From Hydrurus foetidus (taxonomy: Eukaryota): 39,639 nucleotides of DNA. The stretch is from the NCBI GenBank assembly GCA_900617105.1, contig UYFQ01000413.1:1-39639 (forward strand), read 5' to 3'. The notes below the pieces were generated by a model. That model saw only the letters and a program-made list of their open reading frames with translations. It was not told the DNA's origin and did no database searches. The translations under genes were made by a program, and so were the position numbers. Shown here piece after piece: positions 1 to 10,048 of the stretch. How positions within the stretch are numbered: position 1 is the stretch's first letter; each line of letters begins with the position of its first letter.

Positions 1-1566
1 TGGTTTGGAGGGTGGTGGTGAGATCATGGATAGCGGCAATAAGTAGATCATGAACAGAGGGATCCGGGAGCTGTAGATTGTCGAGGAACCAGGCGAGTGT
101 GTCAGTGATGCGCACTGCATTTGTTGATGATGACCACACTGTGAAGCATCTGTAGTGTTTGAGAGCAGGACCAAGATAAAAACCAGCAACTCCATGCGGG
201 GCCCACGATCCACGACTGCTGGGTTGTCGTGTATGAGAATTCTGGCACCAGCTGGTCCGATTGGGTTGGCTCTAAAGTCATGAGCTCCGCCGTGCAAACC
301 GGCGTAAGCGGAAATTGTAGGATTAGGTTTGTACGGGTGTAGGTGATTTAGGCATAGTTCGATTTGAGGTAGTAGACGATCCCATAGCGCGAGGGGAAAG
401 TCTTTTGAGGTCGTACAAAGTGTTGCTATTGCATGATTTTTGAATGTTTGTATGCTCCTTTCTGCTCTATTTGATCGATGCATGCCTGGCGGACAGTATT
501 GTATTTTGATACTCTGCCGCTTCATGAATGCATCGAGTGGTGCAGAAGTTTCGTTATCTAGTCGTAGGAAGAAGGGGATACGTCCTAGGGCGGTGAAGAA
601 AGCAATTGTACGGGTGAAGCTTGAGATGTAAGCTGTGTGATGGCGAGACGCTAACGGTTCGGCATGAATATATCCGTCCATTTCCGAAATGAGAATGTAC
701 TGTGCGCCACTGTCAGCCTGAACAGGAAACTTTCCAGTTAAATCGGAGCTGACGGTGTGTGGGAGGCGGACCAGTTTGACGTACGCATGATTAGCAGACT
801 CAGCTGTAAGAGGTAACTCGGGACTATCATCTTCATCAATTGTTGAAGAGACTGAGTTTGTTTTGGTAGAGTCCAAACCTTGCCGCAATTGGTTAAGGTG
901 GCCTTTGGCTGTGGCGATAGTGTGTGGGGGATGGGCTAAAACAATTGAGGTGGTGAGTCGAGGCCATGATGATAAGTATCCTGCTCGAATGGCGCGCAAA
1001 AAGGTAGAGTAAACAGGACTGCCTAGAGAAGCGTGCACGAACAATACAAACTCAGCGTCTGCAGTAAGGCGCGCCGCGTGAGATGAAGCGACGTGCGTAG
1101 AAACAGCTGCGACATGTGTTGGTAATTGAGCCGTCCATAGTGTGTCGGTCGTTGCTTTAACGCCGTGTAAAACTGTTGAGTTGTTGTATGTAACGTGAAA
1201 CGTCGTGTCGGTGAAAGTGGCAAGGCATCCGACTTTACAAAGTTCACTGACACTTAATAGCGAAGTATGGAGGACTCTGTCGGGGAGAATGTATGCTTTT
1301 ATAGGGTACGGAAGATTTGGAAAAAGTAACGTCCCACTGCAGCTTGAGCTAATGGTGGAGCCGTTCGGAAGCGTTACTGAAATAGGTTGTAGGTGTGAAT
1401 CAATGATGACAGCCGAGGCATCAGATTGTCGTACTAAGAGATTTGTGGATCCTGTGTCGCTGCATGCGAGCTTGGGTGCTGAGGAGGCGAAAGAAAGATG
1501 TGGGGGATTGCAATCGACTGTGTTAGTTACAGTAGCATAAGGCACATCACTTCTCAAGCCTAGCTG
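1..1566 (-). CDS. pol: Copia pol (aspartic protease + integrase), partial; absent from the ORF track because the frame runs off the window
   Basis: Manual translation is open from 1566 downward. It contains the protease motif ACSDTGSTNLL and integrase DDE motifs SSDLTGKFPV, LRLDNETS and HRSNRAERSIQTFKNH. One single-base frameshift near 215 precedes RGSWAPHGVAGFYLGPALKHYRC. Confidence 0.9.
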
Positions 1567-1569
1567 TCA
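1561..1569 (-). promoter_or_regulatory. Stop-codon readthrough signal TGA-CAG-CTA (CARYYA type) at the gag/pol junction
   Basis: The minus strand reads TTG TGA CAG CTA GGC. The hexamer matches CARYYA, and pol continues in the same frame with no ATG before the protease motif. Confidence 0.8.
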
Positions 1570-1903
1570 CAAGCGCAAAGTTGATCCGCCAGAGACTGAG
1601 GTGTGATTGGTCGCCAAACGTGCATCGTCGGAGTAGTTTTTGGCGAGAGAGCCATAGCGCATTTTGTAACAAGCCGCACTTGAGTGACCATCGTATCCAT
1701 GGGCGTAACAGTAGGAACGTGGTGAGTCTGTTGTTGGTGGGTTCGATGCTTTGTGTTGACCTCCGCGGTTTGCCCGGGGCGGTCGTGGAGACCGAGGTGG
1801 AGGAGAGATGGCTGCCGCTGCGGCAGCTGTTGCCAGCGCAGTAAGGTAAGTAGGCGACAGTAGAAGTGTTGCAACCGTAGAAGAGATTTCAGATGATGAA
1901 CTT
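1567..1903 (-). CDS. gag: Copia gag, C-terminal part (downstream of the Gypsy insertion)
   Basis: Zinc knuckle CYAHGYDGHSSAAC (C-x2-H-x4-H-x4-C); ends at TGA 1569-1567. It joins the 7649-8442 part in frame when the Gypsy element and one TSD copy are removed. Confidence 0.88.
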
Positions 1904-1908
1904 GGAGT

Positions 1909-2169
1909 GTGGTCTTGGGCGGGGCCTAGGACGTTGGAGCTAAAAGTGGTGGTCGGTTGATGCAAGCGGTGGGCAAGGGAAGAAAGGGTAGGTGGAGTAA
2001 ACTTGTGTTAGTATTTTACAGTTGAGTATCTACAAGTGATGTGTACGCTAAAGTGCATTCACGTCATATGTGGAACTAAGACCTAAAAGTGGAATCTGGG
2101 CGTAATATACCTATTGTACCTAGTTAACCTAGACACATTGTATCCCCTTAGGAATGCAATAAGGCTACA
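1909..2169 (-). repeat. Gypsy 3' LTR
   Basis: Matches 7388-7648 except one substitution seen (2161 A vs 7640 G); begins TGTAG on the minus strand. Confidence 0.95.
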
Positions 2170-2172
2170 CTA

Positions 2173-2189
2173 CCCCTTCTTCCTTTTTT
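2173..2189 (-). other. Polypurine tract of the Gypsy element
   Basis: Minus strand AAAAAAGGAAGAAGGGG lies 3 nt before the 3' LTR start. Confidence 0.85.
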
Positions 2190-2369
2190 GAAGATCTTTG
2201 ATATGATATACAAAAAAAAATGAAAAAAAGAAAAGATATGTAAAACATATATATGAGATATAGATGAAACGATGATGTCAGACTTTTACTGACTAAACTC
2301 TCCAAAAAAGACCCGTAGGTAAAAAAAATAGGAGAGAATCCTCATGGATAAAGTTTCAAATATATTAAG

Positions 2370-5300
2370 TCATCGATGTTGCTTATTGATTAATTTAGTC
2401 ATGTTATTATGACGTAAATAATCATGAAGTTTATCAACATCACGAAGACTTGAATAAGGTTCCCAAGTGTTTTTGTCTGAAGGGTAATTTAACCATTTGA
2501 CTAAAAACTCTATGTGGGTACGTTGGTGTTTGCCACGATGATCAAGAATGTCTTCAACAAAGTATTCCATGTGATCACGTCGTGCAACATCCAACGGATT
2601 TGTGATTGAAGGGTCAAATAGAAAAGGTTTCATTGCAGAAACATGAAACTCTGAAGTTTTCTGAGTGACTAAATCATAAAGTGTGTAACGCGAATTTTCG
2701 CCACTAACGACTTTTAATGGGCCTCTCCAATGCGTGTGAAGACGTGAAGGAGGAGATCCATCGCGATAGTGCACTAAGACATAAGAGTCTTTTGGATACT
2801 CTACATGCTGAAAAATTTGAGACTGACTTTGATGAAGCAAATCTGTGCGAAGAAGTTCTTTAGCAGAAGCTTTAAGAAGACTGTCTTGCGTTTTGAGTAG
2901 ATTGCTCATACGCTTTGACAAAGGTTTGTCATCAGTAACATTTCGCTCAGCAGGAGGTAAAAGATACCTCTATCGAGTTTTAGTACATTTCCGAAAAGAA
3001 GTTGAGAGATGATATTTTTAAACGATCACTGTGATTAGAATTTAAAATTCGTTGCACAAATGGAAGTGACGTTTTATAATCTTCTAATGTGACATTATCG
3101 AATGTTAATGCACGAAGATGTCTATTAACTTCTTTATTCATGCGCTCAACAATAGCATTTTCTTCTTTAGAGTATGCTAAAGTAAGACAATGTTGAGTGC
3201 CAATAAGAGTTAGAAACTCTCTAATAACTTCGGAAATGAAGTGTGGCCCATTATCAGAACGGAGTTGGAGAGGTGCGCCGAAACGACCGAAGTGTTGCAA
3301 GAGGCATTTAGCTGTTGAAAGTGCTGTAGCATCTTCTGTATGAAACAGTTCAACCCATCTTGTGAACGTATCGATAATTACGAGTACGTACCCGCCGTCT
3401 GGAAACGGTCCTATGAAGTCTATGTTAAGGCATTCCATAGGTGTGTAAGTAGAAGTCGAGAAACCATGAGCATGTATTGGTATCTTTAACATACTCATTT
3501 TCTGACAACACGAACAGTGATCTATGAACCACCTGACATGCTGACGCATATATTGCCATACTATCTTTTTGTCAATGAGACGCTTTAAAGTGCGCTCAAG
3601 GCCAAAATGCCAACTTGTGAATTGTGTACTTTACTGATTGTATTGTACTGATCACGTGTTAGTTTGAATTTTTCAATAGTATTAGCAGACATGATTGCAT
3701 CAGGAGTATATTCCTGAGGGAAATCAACCATGTTATTGCGACAGAGTCGAGACATCGAATCAGCTATATCATTGTTAGCACCAGGTATATATTCAATTTT
3801 AAATGAATATTCGGATAAGGCCATAAACCACCGAACAATCATTGGATTTGAATTATCCTTGATGTATAACAAGTTACGATGATCTGTACGCAATGTGAAC
3901 GTACGATCACGTAATAGCGATTTTAAATACGTGCACGAATAAAAGATAGCATATGCTTCTTTTTGTATAACAGCCCAACGAAGCTGAGCTTTGTTAAGTG
4001 ATTTACTGACAAATGCTATGGGCGTTTCTTGACCGTCAACTAGCTGGAAAAGATAGGCACCTACACCATAGTCCGATGCATCAGTGTGCAAGTAAATCGG
4101 ATCGGTGTCACTTAAAAAGTGCATAGTCGTGCATTTTGAAATCTCGGATTTGATCAAATTGAATGCTCTGAGAGCTTCTATTGTCCAAGTTATTTTCTTA
4201 TACTTATTATAGTTAAGAAGCAACTGATGTAACGGGTATACAACAGTAGAAGCGTTTCTAACAAAGTCGTGAAAATAATTAACCAATCCTAAAAAACTTT
4301 TGAGTTGTTTAGATAGTACTGGTTTAGGAAAATCTAAGACAGTCCGTATTTTTCTTGTGACATTCTAAGTCCATCTGCAGATAGAACTTTGCCAACATAA
4401 TCTATTTCGGCATAGCCTAGATAACACTTATTCGGTTTAAGGAATATTTTGTGTTTTCTAAAGCGATCAAAAACAAGACGAAGTCTAGAAATAAGTTCGT
4501 CAATGTCTTTACCGAAAACATTGCAATCATCTATGTACATTTCGCATATAGAGTATATCAACCCTGCTAACACAACAGTCGTCATAATCTGTTGGAAATA
4601 GGAGGGTGCTTGTTTTGGCCCAAAGGGTAAACGAGTGAATTGATATACTCCGCAGAAAAGTATGAATGCAGTATAAGCACGTGCAGCGAGTGTAAGTGGT
4701 GCTTGATGGTAACCTTGAGTGAGGTCAAGTACAGCAAACACTTTTGCTTTATGTGCACCTATTCTACGCAACATCTCACCGATGTGTGGAATAGGATGTG
4801 ATTTATCTTCGGTACAATTGTTGAGATTCCGAAAATCAATACACATGCGCTTAGTTCCATCAGATTTAGGAACTAGTAAAACTTGGCTATAATAAGCCGC
4901 GTTTGATTTTTCAACAATATTTTGTTTTTCAAGTTTTTAATTTGACTAAGAATGTCAGCTTGATCAACTGTTGATTTAGCCCATGGAGGTTGTCTATTTT
5001 TAGAGACTCTCCATTGGTCGTCATTGACATGAAAGTCAAACGGTGGAATATCAGCAGGAGTGGCCGAAAGTTCACTGCTAAATATATCCTTGAATTCGTG
5101 TACTAGTAACGAAGTTTATTTTTCTGATCTTCATCACCTGCTAAGTTTATTAGCGAGAGTGGGTCAGTATCAGGAAATTCATCTATCCAAGGTGAAAACG
5201 AGTCCTTGATCGAGTCGTCGATTTCGTCCTCATCAGGGGGCACAGCCTCAAAAGTCTTTCAGACTCTTGTATTAGTGAAGCTAGAATAACGTGTGTTTGG

Positions 5301-5814
5301 GTTACTGCCGGTTTCACCTTTTGGGTTAAAGGATCGACCTTTGGGGAGCCATCAGAGGGTTGCAACTTCTCCTTAGGCTGACAGCCACACGTTATATCCA
5401 CTTGTTCAGAAGATAAAACTTCCGCTAATGAGGTAGTGCTTGATGAAGCATTGGCAGATATTTGATCGGGGAAACGTGAAAATAAATTCAATTCGCGAAT
5501 TGTTTTTCGTCCCACTATAGATCAAATTTCGAATCGTCTAAAACATAAGCCGTGATTTGAAAAGTATAATAATTATTTAAATCAGGGCAAAAATAAGAAA
5601 GAGTTAAGTCTATAGTGTCAGAAATATCATAACAATGATTATCTAATCCACTACAAACTTTACACAATTTCTTTGAAGAGTTAGATACGAATTGTGTGAA
5701 ATTATGATTAATTATGATGCGGCGATGTATAAAGTTGCCAGCAAAAGAGCCGCCAGGAGAGTAAAGAGCTGTCCAGGAGAGTAAAGACTCTATTACTTTT
5801 TCCAGCATAACCTC
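2370..5814 (-). pseudogene. pol: Gypsy pol (protease, RT, RNase H, integrase, chromodomain), broken by several frameshifts
   Basis: ORF fragments carry RT motifs MCIDFRNLN, LDLTQGYHQ, LPFG and YIDD; RNase H motifs HTDASDYGVG and TDH; integrase motifs IDFIGP, SDNG and ENAIVER; a GPY-like WRGPLKV; and the chromodomain EYFVEDILDHR...FLVKWLNY...TWEP. Several breaks are single-base losses in short homopolymers. Confidence 0.93.
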
Positions 5815-5879
5815 CTGTGAGAGGGGAGATACGAAGAAAGGAATAAGTTCTGGATCATCGGAAAGAATAGATGATGAAT

Positions 5880-7286
5880 TTAGGTTGCATAGTTGCTCAC
5901 CTTTGTGTTTCTTCGCAGCGTTTGTCGAGTCTGCTGTTGAAGTAGCAGGTTTGATTGAAGAAGAGAAGAAGAGGAAGACGATGAAGAAGAGGTCGATGTC
6001 TTAGGTAAAGTTGGAATAAACTTAGCCTTTGAATCGACTTTCAACAACTGCTTATGACCCTCAGAGTTGATATAGGGTGCGTCTGTACTGTTATAGTACG
6101 GAGACGTAGTGTAGAAACACGTGGCGACGAAATGGCCGAGTCTCCCACAACCTGTGCACAGAGGTCTTTCGAATTTGTCAGACTTGTCTGATTGCACAGA
6201 TTGTTCGCTCTCTCGTGGACGTTTTTTGATTTTGTCCTGAGAGGAACGAGGAGGAGCTTTGATTTGGCGAGAGTGATCACCATACAAAGGAGAGACATCA
6301 ATGAACCGTAAGGCATCAATTGATTCTCGTAGCTTAGCAAGCTGCGCAAGCCATACGAATCGAAAGTCTTCGATTGTAATGAGTCTTGGCGTTGTATTGT
6401 TAAGACTACGCTGTAACACTGCTCTCCAATTGATAGGTTCGACAGGCAACTTATCGATTAGAATTTTGGTTGCCTGAAGTTGGAGAGCGGGTGTTGCATC
6501 AGGGAATCCATCAACAATATCAGCTAAAAGCTGATCTGTCTTGTCTTCCACTGATTTATCCTTCAGGTCGAATTGAAGTGCGACCTGAGAGACAGTTTCA
6601 ATGAAACTCAGCTTGTCAGTTCGATTGACAGCTGATGTAGGAACTGTGAGATTGAGTTCTCTACAGAACAATTGATTCGACCAATGTTTCCAATTGTTAC
6701 AGGAGTCGCGACGATCGGGATCAGTTGCAAACTTACGCTTGAGAAGCGTTGTAAACGATTGATGGTTGGAAACATGGATTACATCAACTGGTTTAAATGG
6801 AGTTCCATTTGAAAGGAGGACCTCCATTACCCGTAGTACTTCCTGACGAGAGGGCACGGCGCTCAACTTAGGAGCTCTCTCACCCGTTTGCACATAGTGC
6901 TGAGGTGGTGCCATCGAACGAGGAATCTCAGCCGAAGCTGGTGTCGCAGACGAATCTGGTGTCGCAGCCGAAGCTGGTATCTCAGCCGAAGCTGGTGTCG
7001 CAGTCGAAACTGGTGATAACGTTAGAGCGGATAAAGCAGATAAAACAGGAGCATCAATAACAGACGAGACCGCAGGCTCCGAATTCCGCTGAGGAATCGG
7101 TGCAGACAGGTCGCCGGCGGGGTCCTGAGCCGCAGGTGGCCCAGGAGACTCGATGCTATCTCCTCCACGATTGTGGTGCTCCTCGTAACGTTGTCGGAAG
7201 GCGACGGCGACAGCTCTAGGAGGCTGTCGTTGTCGGCGAAGGGAGTTGATGGTGCTAATCCTCTTGTCCTGGCGTCGGAGAGCCAT
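5880..7286 (-). CDS. gag: Gypsy gag
   Basis: 468-aa ORF just inside the 5' LTR with a CCHC knuckle CTGCGRLGHFVATC and internal ATPASAEI-type repeats (about 6925-7015). The C-terminus is probably shifted by a 1-nt loss in the Ser run near 5964. Confidence 0.88.
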   Translation of the reverse strand: MALRRQDKRISTINSLRRQRQPPRAVAVAFRQRYEEHHNRGGDSIESPGPPAAQDPAGDLSAPIPQRNSEPAVSSVIDAPVLSALSALTLSPVSTATPASAEIPASAATPDSSATPASAEIPRSMAPPQHYVQTGERAPKLSAVPSRQEVLRVMEVLLSNGTPFKPVDVIHVSNHQSFTTLLKRKFATDPDRRDSCNNWKHWSNQLFCRELNLTVPTSAVNRTDKLSFIETVSQVALQFDLKDKSVEDKTDQLLADIVDGFPDATPALQLQATKILIDKLPVEPINWRAVLQRSLNNTTPRLITIEDFRFVWLAQLAKLRESIDALRFIDVSPLYGDHSRQIKAPPRSSQDKIKKRPRESEQSVQSDKSDKFERPLCTGCGRLGHFVATCFYTTSPYYNSTDAPYINSEGHKQLLKVDSKAKFIPTLPKTSTSSSSSSSSSLLQSNLLLQQQTRQTLRRNTKVSNYAT

Positions 7287-7387
7287 TGTCTTCGACTGTC
7301 GGATATTAGTGATGGATTTGAAATTGATGGAGTGGAGAAATGAATTTCTCGCAAAAAAACTTTGGTATCGACCAAATATCGATATTG

Positions 7388-7648
7388 GTGGTCTTGGGCG
7401 GGGCCTAGGACGTTGGAGCTAAAAGTGGTGGTCGGTTGATGCAAGCGGTGGGCAAGGGAAGAAAGGGTAGGTGGAGTAAACTTGTGTTAGTATTTTACAG
7501 TTGAGTATCTACAAGTGATGTGTACGCTAAAGTGCATTCACGTCATATGTGGAACTAAGACCTAAAAGTGGAATCTGGGCGTAATATACCTATTGTACCT
7601 AGTTAACCTAGACACATTGTATCCCCTTAGGAATGCAATGAGGCTACA
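7388..7648 (-). repeat. Gypsy 5' LTR
   Basis: Direct repeat of 1909-2169. Confidence 0.95.
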
Positions 7649-8442
7649 GGAGTAATGTGGGTTGCTGCAGCAGTGTATCCCATGTCTCCAGCGGACTGGG
7701 AGAAGTTCGGGGAATGAAGGGTAATGTGGGTAACCAAATTGTGGAAAGTTTTGTTAGCCGTGTGCGGATGAGCGGTAAGGTAAGATTCGATAGCTTTTTG
7801 CACCGGGAATAGATGGCAGGTTCCACTGCGTACAAAATCGCATTTCTGAAGTTCAGGGATTGGCTGCCCGTAAGCAGCTAATTGTTCGAAAATGAATCGT
7901 TGGTCGGCAGCAAAGCCAGTGAAATTGGTTGCAGAGTCCAGCTTGTGTGTCAGCTGTGCGTGCAGGGCTTTGTAGTCTTCAGATGTTAATGTACCGTATT
8001 GTGTGCGTAAATGGGTCATAAGTTGTAATGCGGTTAATTGGCCCATACCCAATATTGGATCCGAAAGCTCATTGCGATCAGATGCTGGTAAAGCGTCCTT
8101 TAGGCGTCTTGTAAGCAGGAGGACTGCGACTGCTACTTTGTCAAATTCCTTTGTTCTGTAATCAAAAACTCGCCAAGCATTGGCATTTTCGGCAGGAATT
8201 TCAGGAGGAGTGAGAATGTCTCGTGGGCGAAAAACAGTATTGGGCGGCACTGCGTCATCTGGAACTCCGTTTCCAGGCAAATTTTGCCATATTTCGGTTG
8301 TGACTACGAAGGAGAGCAGCCCATGCCGATGAGTTAGAAAACCGTTGTCTAGACAAATGCTTGACGCATAGTCATAGACTTGCCGTTGGAATTCGGCAAA
8401 GTTTTCTTTCGTGAGTGTAATGAACGGGACTGTGTCTGTCAT
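7649..8442 (-). CDS. gag: Copia gag, N-terminal part (upstream of the Gypsy insertion)
   Basis: ATG at 8442 (MTDTVPF...); open to the TSD (...AATHITP). Together with 1903-1567 it gives 1131 nt, i.e. 376 aa plus stop. Confidence 0.85.
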
Positions 8443-8474
8443 TAATCTAAACTGTTGATCCAGTGGAAGCAACC

Positions 8475-8625
8475 TGAAGAACGTTCAGTAAACCGATGGA
8501 CAAGTTCACGTTGGTTTAGATTAACTTATGAAGAAAGCGAGGATGAAAGCACAGAGACAGATTGAGGTGCTCAAGATCGAGATCGAGATCAAGATCGGAT
8601 GCTTGTATGTACATACATGAACACA
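8475..8625 (-). repeat. Candidate 5' LTR of the Copia element (about 150 bp)
   Basis: On the minus strand it starts TG (8623-8627, exact base uncertain) and ends ...TTCA at 8475, directly followed by GGTT. The partner LTR is outside the window, so this is unconfirmed. Confidence 0.55.
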
Positions 8626-9232
8626 CATACCCCCCTCCCCCCTCTCGTCAAACCGCAAAACTTTTTACAATACACGAATTTTACGGAAATTAGATGAAAT
8701 CCGTTGATTTAAACCGGTTTCACCCACTGTAAATACGGAAACAGTCTAACGAAAACAAATTTCGGTATCATATTCCAAATTGTTTTAACGATTTGTTGCA
8801 TCACGGATTTTCTGATTTGCGGATTTTTTTATTTACCGATTTTTAGATTTTCCGTTTCACCGAAAAGTTTCTGGCGGTCGATTTAACCGATTTAATTCAC
8901 GGAAATTGAATGAAAACCGTAATTTGCAGAGCTTTTAAGTTTCGTGACAACTATAAAAAGTTTCGTGAAATCCCCCCCCCCATATCGGGTTTTGACCATG
9001 ACGTGATTATTTTAGACAATACTCCACCGCCCTGGGCCGCACACTTTTTTCCTTTTTCATGGTCGAAGCAAGGGGGTATAAAAGGAGAGGGGGCAGTACC
9101 AACCCAAAGTCCCAGTCAAGCTTTTCTCATCAACCTCTCACTGTAATCTCAAAAAACTGAACTACCATACCCAACAGCCAACATTGCAGTCATTCTCAAG
9201 TTCGCTCCGATATCGTCTCTGCTAGTCTTCCA

Positions 9233-10048
9233 ATGAGGAAACTGAGTTTTGAAATCTTCATGCAAGACTCTGGAATTTTGAAAAGTTCCATCGATCTGTT
9301 TTATCATTGTGACTACTTCTTGCTGAAGCGCAAAGATGTCTACATGAAGTTCTTGACGAAAATCATGACGAATGCTGAATCTAGTTCTGAGGTTATCAAT
9401 CTCCTCTTTGGCTTGGCTTGTGAATACGAAAATCTCTACGATACTTCTGTGTCGTCTGTGACAGGATGTATAGAAAAACGCCAGAAGGCTGGAAAAATAA
9501 TGATACAAAGCTTTGAGATGAAAAGGATCAGTGTAAAGGATAAACATCGTGTCTAGTTCGCATCTTTGAAGTCGGTTGCTACCCATTTGGGTGATATTAC
9601 AAACGAGTAATTTGGCCGTAGTGCCAATGAGGAATCTGATATTGTCTTCGGTTTCTTAGACAAATTTATTTATGATAGCTTTGGGAAGTGGTTACACATT
9701 GAAAAAGGTGTTCATATTAGTAACCACATAAAGGAGAGGGATTCTGATATTGACTATCCTTACTCAGATATTATGCTGGATAAAGTTTATGACATTACGG
9801 GTTATCTCTGCGGTGCTCGACTTTACAACATGATTCATCTCAATCGCTTAAAAAGCGAATATAGATACGTATTCACAGAGTACTACAAGATGTCAAAATA
9901 TCCTAATGGGTCAATGGTTGTGGAGGATGAGTTACCAGCGAAATACAGTTCCCCAACTCCAATGATAGTGAGCTGTGTCGGGCCTATCGGACATTCATCC
10001 TCAATGTTCACGTCGAACCCGAATATTCGATGCTGTGTTGTGTCATGA
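9233..10048 (+). pseudogene. Degenerate reading frame of unknown origin
   Basis: ORFs 9233-9556 and 9773-10048 are in the same frame, joined by protein-like sequence with two in-frame stops; no family recognised. Confidence 0.35.

Larger units (their letters stand above)
1909..7648 (-). mobile_element. Ty3/Gypsy LTR retrotransposon with chromodomain (chromovirus-like), full length
   Basis: Two 261-bp direct repeats (1909-2169, 7388-7648) flanked by the duplicated target GGAGT (1904-1908, 7649-7653). Internal order is gag-PR-RT-RH-IN-chromodomain, with a polypurine tract next to the 3' LTR. Confidence 0.96.
1..8625 (-). mobile_element. Ty1/Copia LTR retrotransposon (diatom CoDi-like), 3' part outside the window, interrupted by a nested Gypsy element at 1909-7648
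   Basis: Minus-strand order is candidate LTR, gag with zinc knuckle, protease, then integrase (Copia order, integrase before RT). The motifs HASLGSPVYSTFLRAIRAGYLSSWPRLT and ATAKGHLNQLRQGLDSTK resemble stramenopile Copia elements as I recall them. The right boundary is approximate. Confidence 0.9.

Noticed and set aside
7363..7369. TGGTATC resembling a tRNA-iMet primer-binding site
   Set aside because: It is on the strand opposite to the element's sense and the match stops after 7 nt; it is a by-product of the local palindrome.
1567..7444. ORFs 1567-1965 and 7022-7444 sharing the N-terminus MHQPTTTFSSNVLGPAQDH
   Set aside because: Both start inside copies of the Gypsy LTR; they are not independent genes.
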